64,000 nt of DNA, taken from contig CM059438.1 of assembly GCA_030390025.1 (NCBI GenBank), forward strand, positions 66,900,001-66,964,000, written 5' to 3'. Positions within the stretch are counted from its first letter, which is position 1, and the number at the start of each line of letters is the position of its first letter. This stretch comes from Squalus acanthias. Lineage: Eukaryota. Shown here piece by piece: positions 48,207-62,309 of the stretch. The notes beneath the pieces are model-generated. The model had not been told where the DNA came from and did no database searches. It saw only the letters and a list, made by a program, of their open reading frames with translations. Both the position numbers and the translations under genes were made by a program.

Positions 48207-48640
48207 GAAAAAAATACTGCGGATGCTGGAAATCTGAAATAAAACAGAAAATGCTGAAAATACTCAGCAGGTCAGGCAGCATCTGTGGAGAGAGGAACAG
48301 AGTTAATGTTTCAGGTCGATGACCCTTCGTCAGAACTGGAAAAAGTTAGAGATGTAACAGGTTTTTAAGCAAGTACAGGGGCAGCGAGAGAGGAGAGGAA
48401 GGGTAAGGATAGAACAAAGGGGAAGGTCTGTGATAGGGTGGGAGGCAGGAGCGATTAAATGACAAAAGGGATGATGGCGCGAGGCAAAATGGGGTGGTAA
48501 TGGGACAAGTAAAGAAACCAAAGATGGGTCTAGAGAAGGTGTAAATGGCAACAGCAGAACCATTAGCTGACCAAAAAAATGGGAGCAGTGGTTACAATCT
48601 GAAATTGTAGAACTCGATGTTGAGTCCGAAAGGTTGTAAA
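48207..48640 (-). mobile_element. Penelope-like 3' fragment with hammerhead core
   Basis: Minus strand GTT CTGACGA AGGGTC ATC GACCT GAAA CATT AAC; upstream coding-end remnant (CAACCTTTCGGACTCAACATCGAGTTC). Confidence 0.75.
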
Positions 48641-49504
48641 GTGTTGAATTACATGTTGTGCATTACATGGCAGAATGCTCTTGTCCAAAAACATCCAATT
48701 TTGCATAATTGCTGCTACAAGATCATCTGTGGTGCTGCCCATGGGTAGGTCTGGAGCACAAACCTGCCAGCCTTACCTGGGCAGGTTAGCTGCCACTATA
48801 TATAGAAGTCTTGTGTCTAGCGTATACCTGTCACATACGAGACATCATACTTAATCTAACCAGTCTTTGACCTGAAGCCTGAAACTTATAAGCAGTTACA
48901 ACTGTCCTCTGATCACTTAGCAATTTATAGGTCACCACAGTGATTTGAATTTGCCCGTTTGGACCTTGTTGCCAGGCAAGGTTAGCAGCCAAACATCAAG
49001 TTTGTGCTCCAGACTACCCATGGGCAGAGCCACAGGTGATCTGCCAGTATCTGTGTAAAAGCTTGGAGGCTGTCACGCTCCAGGTATCGCAGTTCATTAC
49101 AAGTACAAAACAAATGTTTAAAATAAGTTTTAAAATGAAAAAGAAAGCCTGTAATTTTCTGCTGCTGCTGATGTACAGAGGCACAATCGCCTTCTAAGTG
49201 GATCTCAGGAAGTGCCCATGTGGAGCTGGTCTCCAGCTGATGGCAAAGCATGTCTGTTCACAGCAGTTAGGCCTAGTGTCTTAAAGGAACAGGCCCATTT
49301 ACGCACACTTGCAGCTCAGCAGCAGATATAAACCTTGTGCATTACGTGATCTAATGTTAGTGCCCTTTAAATTGCATATCATCGGACTTGCTGTGAGCAG
49401 TACTACAGGGGTTCCTCTACACACTGTCGAGTGTTGATAATATGGATGGTACGGTGTGGGTTTGAGAAAATTGCAGTCCAGTCCTACTTATAAAATGTAG
49501 TGAC

Positions 49505-49840
49505 AACTGTGGCTGAGTGATAGCACACTTGTGTCTGAGTCAGAAGATTGTGGGTTCACATCCCATCCAGAGATGAGCATTTCAGTGCAATGCTGAGAGA
49601 GTGCGCTGCACTGTCGGAGGTGCTGTCTTTTGGATGAGACGTTAAACCGAGGCCCTGTCTGCTCTCTCAGGTGGATGGAAAAGATCCCATGGCACTATTT
49701 CGAAGAAGAGCAGGGGAGTTCTCCCCAGTGTCCTGGCCAATATTTATCCCTCAACCAACATCACTAAAAAGAGATTATCTGGTCATTTTCACATTGCTGT
49801 TTGTGGGAGCTTGCTGTGTGCAAATTGGCTGTTGTGTTTC
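49505..49840 (+). mobile_element. tRNA-headed Deu-domain SINE
   Basis: tRNA-like head (gtggctgagtgatagc..gggttcacatccc) followed by the Deu core. Confidence 0.7.
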
Positions 49841-51510
49841 CTTTTGGGTGGTGTGAAGTTCCTCTATTTGAATGGTAGATACGAACTAAACCTACCATAG
49901 AAAGTTAGGGCTTGTCCATTTCAGTCTAAGTACCCTTTTAATGGTGTGATAAGTGTTAATTACTGCCAAACAATCGCTCTGGCACTGAAAATGAACTATT
50001 ACAAGCATGGAGTCTCATTCCTTCAGCTTTTAATTTCTGTTGGAGATTTTTTTTTAAAAAGTAAAATTTTAAAAAAGTACTTTTCTTTCCGTCTCTTCCC
50101 TCTTTATTTCTCCTTCTGTACCGGATTTGACATTGAATTCACCTACTCTAACTTACACTCCCTTGTTCAGACCTTGCGCTGGTCATTTCACAATCCTTCA
50201 ATCTGATTGGTTAAGGAGATATACGGTTGCTTGACCTGTTCACTCAGCTCCTAGATGCCCTGTAGAGGGCGCCTTGTCGTTTCCATCTCGCATTTCCAGC
50301 GCAAAATGTCATCGACATTAAACGGGCAAGGGCTAGTCTAACTAACGGCGGGCACTGTTCGCCAGCCTGTCACAGCAATCTTTGGGCCGTTATATAAATG
50401 CAAGTCTTTCAAATCTTTTTCCTGACGGCTCAGCTGCTAATTCGTAATTATTTGAGGAGCTGCTTAAACCTTAAAATGAACATTGAGATGACTAGAATAT
50501 TAATGTGGAAAACAAGCAGGCTAGTTTGTTTAATATATTTGGGGAGGATGTTATCGATCATTATTTAATTTGACTTTTCTCTAAAAATGACAGATCGGGC
50601 TGAGGTAAATACAATGAACTCTATTTTCAGCCAGCCGCCTTGTGAAACTTTCCTCAGTGTTGATAGTAATGTTTAAGTTGTACCTCAATAGGCTTGTGTT
50701 CGGCTTGGTCTGTCTGAACTGTCACATCGCCTTTTCTGAATCACAAGGTCATCATTGTTACTTGATGTGCCCACCAGTGACAGTAATAGACTGTGTGTGA
50801 TGTAAGCTGACAATCAAACACAGTCGACTTTCTGTCAGTACACTCAATGGCGTTACACACATCTGGCCCTTTGCGTCTCTCAGTTGAAGCATCTTTTGCC
50901 ACCTGACTTATCTGGCGAGTTGATCGCCGTCTCTTCTATAATGCAGAGGCAGGAAGTCTCCTTTCGGTGACATATTTTTCAGCTGGCCTCGCACTTGTCA
51001 TGTTTCCTTGTCATTTGGTGCTTTAACTGAAGTGGCAGTCTGTCCTATCCTGTGTGCAAACTGAGCTGAATTAACTCCAGATTTTACTGTGAATGATGAT
51101 GCTGCTAGGCATTTTTTGGCGAGCAGTGGTGTCCCTTTCGCGCTGGTGTCACTTAATGTGTATGGGTCTGTCAAAGTCACACCCATCAATGTAATTCGCT
51201 GTTCAGTCTCATGTCGCGGACTCAAGCTACTGTTGCTTCGAAACCCTCCAAGATAAAGTCCTAAGTTTTAGCATTACACTAGTCAAAGAGTTACTTTCAC
51301 AAACATTCTACATGTAACTTATTTTTGTAGACTTCAGTTAGCAACTTACGAACATATGAAATTAATGGGCAGGAAAACTAGTCAACTAGTCCATCAAGCC
51401 TGATCCACATTCATGATGGCCGGGGAATCATGACTAAACACTTCCTCCCTCCCTCCCTCACCCTGCACCCCCGCCCCCCTCCTCGCCCCCACTGCAAACA
51501 TGTAGAGGTC

Positions 51511-51746
51511 TGTGGCGGATCGCCACCTAAACGGGCGCAATCCATCTTTCTGTCCGTGGACAATAAATCGGGCACCTTGCCTTTAAGGCGCATGCTGCCT
51601 TTAAGGCAGGAAAAAAGGAGTGGACGTGGCCTCAGGGTTTGCAGAGAAATGCTGTAGCAGCTATTTTTACCTGGAGATGTAATAAAAAAGCCATGTGTTC
51701 CACATATTGACTCGGCCTCAATTCGTGCTTCGCGGCAGCCACAACA
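51511..51746 (+). mobile_element. Small solo LTR (236 bp)
   Basis: TGTGG...CAACA ends with 4-bp TSD GGTC; AATAAA near the 3' end; paralogue at 52969-53209. Confidence 0.75.
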
Positions 51747-52968
51747 GGTCAATATTAATCCACCTCATGATGGGCAGGAGAGGGTCAGGGGTAGGGGTGG
51801 GTTTAAAAATAAAATTTTTAAAAATCGGGGATCATAGCCCCAATCCGACGTGTATGCACCTGCTGCCATTTTAATGGCGGCGGATAGCAAGGTGTATGTG
51901 TGTCCCGTCTTGAAGAGGCAGGACACTTCATTATAATATTTAAATCCAGCTCCCACAGTGTAGTTGGATTTCCAGAGATACCCCCCGCCCCCTACCACCA
52001 CCACCACTGTACTCCTCCACTCCCTTCGACTTGGGAGAGGCAAAAAAACAAAGGAAAAACCCAGGGCCAGTAAGGAAAAAAATACCCTGGAAAATCCATC
52101 TCCGACCCCCTCAGGCAATTGAAACCAGTCCACAAGATCACATGGACCAAGTATTATCTATAAAGAGACTTACCTTCTATAAGATGCAACTTTTGCCCAG
52201 GTCAAGAACCCTCTTGAAAGGCTTGCACCATTCAAAGCACCGGAGCTTGAAGATTCTGCTACCATTCAAATTCAGCTAACCTCTGTGTTTCACAAGTTCT
52301 TGCCCAGGCTACTGAAATGCGCCTCCTCCTGAATCTATCTTCACTTGACCAATATGGAGTGGGGTGAATGGTGATGTGCAGGCCTCCATGGTCAATGACC
52401 ACCCTGTTGTTCAGACGGAGCACATGCAGCATGAAAGTTGAAAGGTTGTTGGTAGAAAGATGACAAATATAAAGCAGAATGGGACTCGCTGTGCGGCAGT
52501 TGGGAAATTATGTCTGAACTCACAAAAGACTATTCTTTTTCCACAAGTGTTTTCGCTCCAGAAGAATTTGGTGATTTCACCAATCCAGTCTCTGAATGCA
52601 TCTGATGGAGGTCAGCAAACAAATGGTATTCGGATTTTACACAGCATCAGGAAAGGACACTGGGAAGAGTGAAATAAGAGGTGTCATGCTGGATATTTTT
52701 TCAATCCATTTGACAACAGAAAATTGAAAAATGCTATTTTATTTTTCAGAAAATGGCCAGAAGTCCAATCCTGAGAATTAGATTTTGTGAGCTTGACACC
52801 TGTTATGGGAAAATATTGGAGTTTATTAGAAACAATTGGGGAGACTAGAGACAGTAAGTCAAAACCAGTATTTGGATAATGAAAGACAGGTTATGCCTAA
52901 GAAATATAATGCAAGCATGTGAAGATTTAATATTACCGGATTTAACTGTTTTCTTTGATCTATTATAT

Positions 52969-53209
52969 TGTGGCAGATCGCCACCTAAACGGGCATCATC
53001 CACTCTTCCATCCGTGGACAATATATCGAGCACCTTCCCTTTAAGGCACCTTACCTTTAAGGCAGGAGTGGGCGGGGCCTCAGGATTTTTCCAGAGAATT
53101 CTGGGAGCAGTCTGTTCAGCCATTTTGTACCATGCCATTGTATTAAAGAAGTCTCTTGTTTTCCACACATGGATTCAGCCTTAATTTGTGTTTCGCGGCA
53201 GCCTCAACA
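52969..53209 (+). mobile_element. Small solo LTR (241 bp), same family as 51511-51746
   Basis: TGTGG...CAACA ends with 4-bp TSD ATAT; ATTAAA. Confidence 0.75.
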
Positions 53210-53289
53210 ATATCTCAATTTTCCAAAAAACATTTGACAAGGAATCTTACAGGAGACTTGAGGCACAAGTGAAAGGTTGTTGGCTCTTA

Positions 53290-53815
53290 CATAGCAACAT
53301 AGGAACAGATGTAGGCCAGTCAGCCCTTCGAGTCTGCTCCACCATTCAATTAGATCATAGCTGATCTGTACTTACCTACTTGGCAAAGCAAAATCTATCG
53401 ATCTCATTCTTGAAAGCTCCAACTGTCCCAGCATCCACAGCCTTTTGAGGGAGGTAATTCCAGATTTCTACTATCCTTTATGTGAAAAATTGTTTCCTGA
53501 TGTCCCTCCTAAATGGCCTAGCTCTAATTTTAAGATTAGGCCCCCCTTGTCCTTGATCTCCCCTCCTAGCTTCTCTGTACCTACCTTATCAAATCCTGCT
53601 ATCATTTTAAGCACTTCGATCAGATCACCCCTCAATCTTCTATACTCAATTGAATACAAGCCATGCAACCTGTCCTTATAACTTAATTGTCTGAGCCCCA
53701 GTATCATTCTGGTGAATCTACGCTGCACCCCCTCCAAGGCCAATATATCCTTCCTGAGGTGCAGTGGCCAGAACTGAACGCAGTATTCCAGGTGGGGTCT
53801 GACCAAGGCTCTATA
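53290..53815 (-). mobile_element. CR1 LINE 3' fragment
   Basis: ORF 53471-53806: VRPHLEYCVQFW..RRLRGDLIEV. Confidence 0.85.
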
Positions 53816-56757
53816 CGATTAGAAACTTAAAGGGACTTGTAAATTGGATAACAATTTGATTGTAAAATAGGACCTAGGTTAATTACAATAATTAGACTTC
53901 TAATTGGCATTACTGATTAAAACGTCCTCAGGAATTGTTCCAGGGAACTTTACTGTTAATGATATCTATTAATAACCTCCAATGAGAAACTAGGAACTCA
54001 TATCCTTATTGCTGTCTGCCAACCATTTAGAATTCCATATGTAATGGTTTCAAATCCTACTGCTGCTTGTCTTCTGATTGTGACCATCTCAGTTGTAATG
54101 TTCTCAGTCAGCCAGCTGTTGCGAGGTGCCTTCTGAGAGCGTCAGAAGAGAAGAGAAGCTCACAAATCCATTGCATCCTGATACAAGCCCACGTCGCTCA
54201 TTGACAATGATTCACTAAGTCACTTGCCTTGAACTTCCCACCATTCTGTATGAATGCAAGCAGCAAAGGAGAAAATAAAATATGATTTAGAAGTATTGGC
54301 TGTACAGATGCAACATATATTTTTAAGCTCAGGACCTGAAGATTAAATGGACATGTTTGGCTTTATCAGGGATGAAGATAAATGGAGATCAAATTTGCTT
54401 TGAATTCCCTTGAACAGAAATTTCTGTCTATTGCAAAAAAAACACATTTTTTTTAAACTCTTACGAAATATAAACAAGATATATGCTGCACAATGCACAT
54501 TCGAGGTCTGCTGAATGTGAAGTTCATCCAACGGAGCTTAGAAAATGACACTGGATCCATTTGTTAGATAAATAGCACATTCAATGGGTACCCAATGCAT
54601 TTTCTAGTTACACAATGCTTCCGTTTAAAATCTGAGCTAGTTTTGCAGAGCGTTTTCATTTTAACATGCATATCCTGAATCCAATAAGCAGGGACTTATA
54701 TTAATAATGAAGTTCCAGTAGTTCAGCTCAAAGAGTTCTTTGCATTGGAATTAGGGTCACTTGTGCTGTTCGGCTCATCTAGCTTGCATTGTATTGGTGC
54801 GTGCACCCGTGGAAAGGATGAGAGTAGTCGGGTTTTAATTAGCTTATTGTAAGTCTCACATCGACCATCTATTTCAGTGTTGCTATAGAAGTGCTGTAAA
54901 GGATGTGTTTTTAGTGTCATCCAGTGCTGCCCGTGCCTTGGGAAGACAAGAACATTGACATTTTGATTCACATTATCTCTTGATACCATAACCATATATC
55001 GCACCATAGCGGTGTCAGCAAAAAATTTTATCTATCCTTTTCAACCAATGGATCCATAAATCTGGGCCACAGTACAAAAATAAACCACCCAATGTATAAT
55101 TTAAGGTCTTTTCCAGAACCAGTTAACAGCAGTGCACATATTATGCAGCTATCAAGTTCAGCTTTGTTGCTGGTTCTTAAAGCGAGGTATTTAAGAAGTT
55201 CATATCCATTTAACAAGAGCCACAAAATGAGATTTGCACGAAGTTGACCTCTGGTAGCTTAACTGCCGGACAAAAATATGAGTTCACTCAAGCCTTACAG
55301 TTATCTAACAGCAAGCATGTGGAGCAAAGGAAAGCTTCTACAATGTGATTGGATTTAAAACAAGCTTGCAGACTCCTGAATTCCAAAGTCAAGACTCCAA
55401 TGCATTTGCTGTGAACTTCACTGGGTCACAGTGATCATTATAAGCAAATACTTGTGTGGGCTGTATTTTTCCTTCTTCTGTAAAGGAAGTAAGCCATGCT
55501 AGAAAAGTGTCAGCAAGAATTCAGTGTAAAAAAGAGCATTCATTTGATCAAACATTTGAATTGCCAATCATTTCACCTGTTTTCTTTTATTTTACTGCAT
55601 TTTATATCAAACGAGCAACTTTTTTGTAAGGATTTTTTATACTGTCATTAAGTTGTACTTAAGGCATAAAAATAAAGTACTTCAGTGGAGTCTCCTGCAC
55701 TTAGTCGTTTGTATTTGAATTTGGCTGCATATCGGGATGACAGTGTATCCAATGACATTTCAATTGCAGTTATGAATGCTTAATATTACTGAAAAGACTT
55801 GAATAACTCTTGCATGTCACAGCTGATTCCTTCCCCAACTCTTTAAAGATAAGTTTCTTTTGTCATGAATCTGTAAGTATTTCACGCTAGATTCAGACAG
55901 AACACAGTAGCCTGGTCCTGCCGTTGACATGTGCTGTGAGTTCCTCTGAAACTTATACCACTGATGTCTTTGACAATTCCACCAATTCAAAAGATCAACT
56001 CAGTCGTGACAAAGTACTCTATAGGGGGTCAATTACATTTTTTGGCAATGGTGTAAGGCGGGCTATATAGGATCGGCTGCCCGTTATACACCTCTCCCAA
56101 GTTTTCATTTCGACAATGAAAAAAAATACGCAGATGGCCTGCCCATGGCTGTTAATGGTGCAGAATAGCTGTTGTATTTATCTACATAATAATCACTGCA
56201 CTTCAATAGTAATTCATTATGTGAAGTACTTTATGACTTACGGCTTGAAGAGACACTATATAAATGCAACTATTATATTGTAATTTTTTTTTTGCCACAA
56301 TATGTATTCAGTGAAAATATAGAGTAATTTGACATATTGGGTTAGCTCCATAAACAAACCTGGTTCCAAGACTTTTCATCAATTTAATATAGAGTCAGTG
56401 CATGAGCTTTGTGATGTTTTCTAATCAACAAATCAAGTCAACACAGTTTTATGCATGACAGTTACAGCTCATAGATTGTTAGAAATATGATGGTAATATT
56501 CTCAAGATGCCCTTGCTTCATTGCAATACTTTGTGTCCTCATATATAATCATACAAGGACTAGTTTAGCTGAATGACTATATTGCTGTGTTGTTGCGGGA
56601 GAGCATCATGACCACATGCATCCATTGGTATTTGGAAGTGCAGCGTACATTGAACAATGAGCTGTCATGTGCATAAATTCAGGTAGAGATGCAGACTTCC
56701 AGTCCGCATTCCATTAAAACCATGACTATTTTACATGCAGAGCAAGATTTAGTTATT

Positions 56758-57502
56758 GGCCCGAAAATTAGACCTAATACGCGAGAGTACGCATTGTGTA
56801 CTCTCGCGTTTTAGGTCTCCAATTGCCGGTTTCCAGCATGCACTGCGCATGCGCGGGAAACCGGCACTTCGTGAATTCAAAATGGGGCGTTTCCTAAGTG
56901 AACCGCATGCACGCTACAGGCTGCGCGCACGCAGTGCACTTAGTGCTTTGAACGCACAGGTAAGCATGGAAGATTTTACACATAAAGAAAGCAGGTGTAG
57001 GACCCCCTTTTAACAAGGTAAGTAGTTAATTAAGTATTATTTTAAATTTTTTTCAACAGGTTTATCTTTTTTAGAGACTTTAAAGAAAGGTAAGTTTATT
57101 TTTATAACTTTTAAAAAGATTTTAAATTTTTTCAAAAATTAAATTTTTTGTTTAAAGTGGTTAATTTATTTAACTATACTTATTTTATTAATGTGATGGC
57201 TTTTAAAAAAAATTTAATTGAGGTTTAGCTGTTCTTTTGGGGGGGTATAGTATTCATAGCTTTGACAGCCCTTGCTGTCAAAACTATGAATGAAAGATGG
57301 TGTGCTGCCATTGGCTCTAACTGAATCACGTGATCCCAGAGCTCGCACGAACTAATTGCGTCTCTGGGTCACGCAAGCACTGCACAGCTGCAGCCTTGAA
57401 ACGAAAGTTCGTGTGGGCCCGGAGGGAAAAGGTAGGCGCGGAGTGAGATATCGCGGGGAAGCCTTACCCCCGCGTCAACACTCGGTGTTTAATTTCTGGG
57501 CC
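56758..57502. mobile_element. Harbinger-type MITE
   Basis: TIR GGCCC(GA/AG)AAATTA with ATT TSD; highly similar to 61011-61774. Confidence 0.82.
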
Positions 57503-57509
57503 ATTATTT

Positions 57510-57835
57510 ACGTCTTTCGGATGAGACGTTAAACCGAGGCCCCGTCTGCTCTCTCAGGTGGATGTAAACGATCCCATGGCACTATTTCAAAGAAGAGCAG
57601 GGGAGTTATCCCCGGTGTCCTGGCCAATATTTATCCCTCAACCAACATAACAAAAACAGATTATCTGGTCATTATCACATTGCTGTTTGTGGGAGCATGC
57701 TGTGCGCAAATTAGCTGCTGCGTTTCCCACATTACAACAGTGACTCCATTTCAAATAGTACTTAATTGGCTGTAAAGCACTTTGAGACGTCCGGTGGTCG
57801 TGAAAGGCGCTATAGAAATGCAAGTCTTTCTTTCT
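57510..57835 (+). mobile_element. 5'-truncated Deu-domain SINE
   Basis: gtctttcggatgagacgttaaaccgaggccccgtc...gaaaggcgctatagaaatgcaagtctttctttc. Confidence 0.75.
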
Positions 57836-58405
57836 TTACTTTGACACAAAGCTCAACTTGCATAGTCTTGATGGCACAAATATAGATGATATCCCCCACT
57901 AACCATTGTTTATTATACTGGTGCACTCAATTATGAAGACTGTGGGGGAATTTTAACATTGAAGAGCTTGAGGGTTTAGGTGCAGGTGGGGGTTACATTG
58001 GGTGAAACCGTGATTGTGTCCGGAAGCCAGCTCCAACGGGCTGACTTCTGGGTTGAACTCGAGCTCTTTCGGTTGCATGCAGGTAACCCCCTCTATAGAG
58101 ACAGGTTAGCGACTTGAATATTTAAATCAGTGTATTCCAATGGTATTTTAACTGGCATTTAATTTAACAGCGCATGCACGGGTTTCTGGACTTCCTGAAA
58201 CTCGCCATTGAAACCAAGGCGAGATGACTGAACGGCAATTCATAGGATTCATTAAAAGTCAGGCATACGACTGCAATTAATAGTCAATGCTCACAGCTGC
58301 TTTCTTACCTCCCACTGGGAGAGGGTTTGTTGAGAGTACTTGTGGTGAGAGGCTAATTTGTGCACTTCGGAGGTTTTGAGATTCAAGATCAGGGTGGGTG
58401 GCGTC

Positions 58406-59300
58406 ATGGTTGCCTTAGATTGGACCTTAGACGAAGAGCAAGATGACCATCAGCAGCAGCAATAGCCTGCTGTGGAGAGACCTGCAGGTGCTCAGCAGAG
58501 AGGGGAGCAGCAGAGGGGTCGAGCTTGCAGGAGTCACTATCCATGTAACAGGGTGTACAGGTAGAGGCTCAACCTTCTTGACCTCTCGGAAGAGCAGTGC
58601 TTCCAGAGGTTCAGGTTGTCACGTCAGGTGGTGGCAGACATCTGCAGCCGCCTAGAAGAAGCCCTGCTCCCTGCTGGACCTGGTGGCAATGTATTACCAA
58701 TGGCTGTGAAAGTGACCACCGCCCTCAACTTTTTTGCCTTCAGATCCTTCCAGGGCTCTGCCGGAGACATATGCAGGATCTCCCAGTCGGCTGCACATAA
58801 ATGATTAAGGCAGATCACTGATGGACTGTTTGCCTGGGCCTGCAATTATGTTAACTTTGTCTGCGATGACGCCAGTCAGGATGAGCTGACACTTGGGTTT
58901 GCTTCTCTGGCTGGCTTCCCACAGGTGCAGAATGTCATCGTCTGCACACACGTGGCAATCCGCGCACTCCAGATCAACCAGGAGTATTTGTAAACTGTAA
59001 GAGATTCCATTCCATTAATGTTCAGCTGGTCTGCAACCAGAAGAAAAGGTTTATGTAGGTGTGCGCCAGATTCACGGGGAGCTGCCATGATGCTTTCATC
59101 CTGCGGCATTCCAAGCTCCCCGACCTCTTCTGGATCTGCAAGCAGACTTCAGGGTTGGCTGCTAGGAGACAAAGGATACCCCCTTCAAAATTGGCTGATG
59201 ATACCCATGAGAAACCCCACCAATGAAGCCCAAGAGCAGGAAACGACAGCCATATGACAACTAGATATGACATTGAGCGAGCGATCGGCATCTGCACAAG
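58406..59300 (+). pseudogene. Decayed Harbinger transposase
   Basis: Fragments [40 protein letters not shown] and [12 protein letters not shown] in broken frames. Confidence 0.8.
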
Positions 59301-61010
59301 ATTGTGCAGCAGCGAGGATTGGTGCTGGAGGAGGAACAAGGCACTGAGCCCACAACGTCTGCATCCCTGTCATGGGCCAGCCGCACTGGACTCCTATCAC
59401 TCTGCTGGAGAGCAGCTTGGTGCAGATCAGTGACGTGCTGTGAGGCCAAGGCTAAGGTGTCTGTCATCCTATTTAAGGCAGATATGTTAGCATCCAGAGC
59501 CTGCATGGCCGTGGTCACGCCCTGCCGTGAATGATATTCCATGGACTTAGCCTTCCAGGGAAGAAGACATCCTCGCAAGGCTTTGCGACATCAGCCCACT
59601 CATGCTTGAGGAGGTCTCCTCCATTCTCAAATAATTTCACCATGGTCCTTCTTTTCCCCATCTCTCTCATTTTACTGCAGCTCAAACTCTGCTGGTTGCA
59701 TATAATGGGATCGGATGATCGATTTGTTTTCCACATGGGCTCAAATTATTTATGTTCAAAGCATCAGCTTAGAATACATGCTCAAGTCCTGTAGGAAGGA
59801 CTTGAACCTACAACCTTCTGACTCATGGCTAAGACTTCTACCTAACTGAGCCAAACTGGCACTTGTCCTAATAATTCAGGTCGGATTTGCTTCATATGTC
59901 AGCTTTTACTAAGTTAATAAACATCGGATTATTTGCATAGTAATTAAAAACATTCACCAAAGCATGGAACTGAGTTCCAAAGAATTCATTAATGGTTAAC
60001 TAGGATACATCTGTATTTTATGTCTCTTTTGCATTCAAAGTGTTCCCTGGTATTCGATCACTACTGGAAATCTCATCCATTTTCAGATCAACAGAGCAGG
60101 GAGACCTAATAGGAGTTTAATTGTTTATTAGATTACCGGTCTTAACCATGCAGCTGGCATATTTCTGTAAGACATTAATGCAAGTGGGGAGTAACAAAGC
60201 ATTCCGACGCAGTGACTATGCACATAGTGTGGTTAATATAAACCGTCTTGCAGGAAGCAGCTCAGGTATAGTGTGTGTCCAAACAATTCGATCTTCGAGC
60301 CAGCAGATCTGACCCTTGTGGTCCCAAGCCTCAAAGGATTCCATTCAGAACAAATGCAGGGGGTGAGCTCGTTTACCCAGCGCTTGAAGCGCATCGAGCC
60401 CCTGGATGTGGGTTGATATTTTCAAGGAAGTTCCCAGTCTTAGCTTCACCACAAAAAATGCAGTCCTCCAGTTCCTGAGTGACACTGGCAAAAAACCTAC
60501 TCGAAGGTCACTGTGATGAAAGAAGAGCTTTTGTCCTGAGGTGTGCACATTTTTAATGTAGCTGAATCTATAATAAATATATGCATAAAAATATGTTCAT
60601 TGCTGCGTTTAGTGTGCAATTTCTTGTGACTTTCACAATTGCAGCCAGCAACACTTTCTTATCATGCTATTTACTTTACGCTGGACCTATTCATGATCTG
60701 AGGCCTCCTAGCTTTCTCGCCACGATCGGTGGCACCTCAGAGCTACATTGCTGGGCCTCTCGAACAATGCTGACTTTGTCCTTCTTCCCCTTCTGCACTG
60801 CCACCTCGTGCAGCTCCCTCCACCCCCTCAACCCTTTCCCCTCTTCCTCCCGGTGTGCTGATGCCTTGCCCCTCTCTCCCCAATCCTGCCTGCAGCCTCC
60901 CCCACCCTCCCCTCTACGTCCTGGCCCCCTCGTGGATCCTCAGCATTTTCTGAATGCCACACTGGCCTTCATGCTAGGTTTCAATTTTAGTTTAAAATGC
61001 AAAACGCACT

Positions 61011-61774
61011 GGCCCGAAAATTAGACCTAATACGCGAGAGTACGCAATATGTACTCTCGCATTTTAGGTCTCCAATTGCCGGTTTCCTGCATGCACTGCG
61101 CATGCGCGGGAAACCGGCACTTCGTGAATTCAAAAGGGGGCGGTTCCTAAGTGAACCGCGTGCGCGCTACAGGCTGCGCGCACGCAGTGCACTTAGTTAT
61201 TTTTGCAGCTTTGAACGCGCAGGTAAACATGGAAGATTTTACACATGAAGAAAGGAGGCGTAAGACCCTCTTTTAACAAGGTAAGTAGTTAATTAAGTAT
61301 TATTTTAAATTTTTTTCAACAGGTTTATCTTTTTTAGAGACTTTAAAGAAAGGTAAGTTTATTTTTATAACTTTTAAAAAGATTTTAAAATTTTTCAAAA
61401 ATTTTATTTTTTGTTTAAAGTTGTTAATTTATTTAACTATACTTATTTTATTAATGTGATGGCTTTTTTTTAAATTTAATTGAGGTTTAGCTGTTCTTTT
61501 GGGGGCTTGTAGTATTCATAGCTTTGACAGCTCTTGCTGTGAAAACTATGAATGAAAGATGGTGTGCTGCCATTGGCTCTAACTGAATCACGTGATCCCA
61601 GAGCTCGCACAAACTAATTGCGCCTCTGGGATACGCACACACTGCACAGCTGCATGTGGGACTGGCCTTGAAACTAAAGTTTGTGTGGGCCCGAAGGAAA
61701 AAGGTAGGCGCGGAGTGAGATAACGCGGGGAAGCCTTACCCCCGCTGGAACCCTCACTGTTTAATTTCTGGGCC
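61011..61774. mobile_element. Harbinger-type MITE
   Basis: Same TIR as 56758-57502; flanks ACT/ATT. Confidence 0.82.
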
Positions 61775-62309
61775 ATTATTTCTGTATTTGCCAACTGTAT
61801 ACAGTCCCAGCTCGCTGGGCGTGCGCACAAAGCCTTCTTGCCAGTTTTATCACCTGGTAGCCAACTCCCCTCCCCCCACTTCCCAGTGCTCCCAAACACT
61901 GAACTTTCTCCTTGTATCAGTACTTTCAAACCCCACCAGCTGCCCTCCTAGCTCCAAAAAAATGATTCAAGAAACCAAGAGATTCAATAAATGAAGAGCG
62001 TGATTCCAAACACTAACATCGCTAATCTCAATGCACCAAAATCTCCTCCATAACAAAAAAATGCACAAACCATTCCTTCAAGTATTATGTAGCACAGTGC
62101 TTGTATTTTGAACCGGTTCCTTCTGCATATATAGGGTTAGCTGTAGCCATGTTGTACATAACCAGAATCAATATTTTTCACCCTATCACAGAACCTTCCC
62201 TCTTGTTCTTTCCTCCCCTCCCCGCTTTCCCTGCCTCTGCACTTGCTTAAAACCTGTTACATCTCTAACTTTTTCCAGTTCTAATGAAAGGTCATCGACC
62301 TGAAATGTT

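Noticed and set aside
54300..56700. Unique AT-rich stretch that might hide host exons or conserved non-coding elements (also ~8100-9000, ~12400-13200, ~43700-45100)
   Set aside because: No recognisable protein motif or convincing exon; needs cross-species alignment or RNA-seq.
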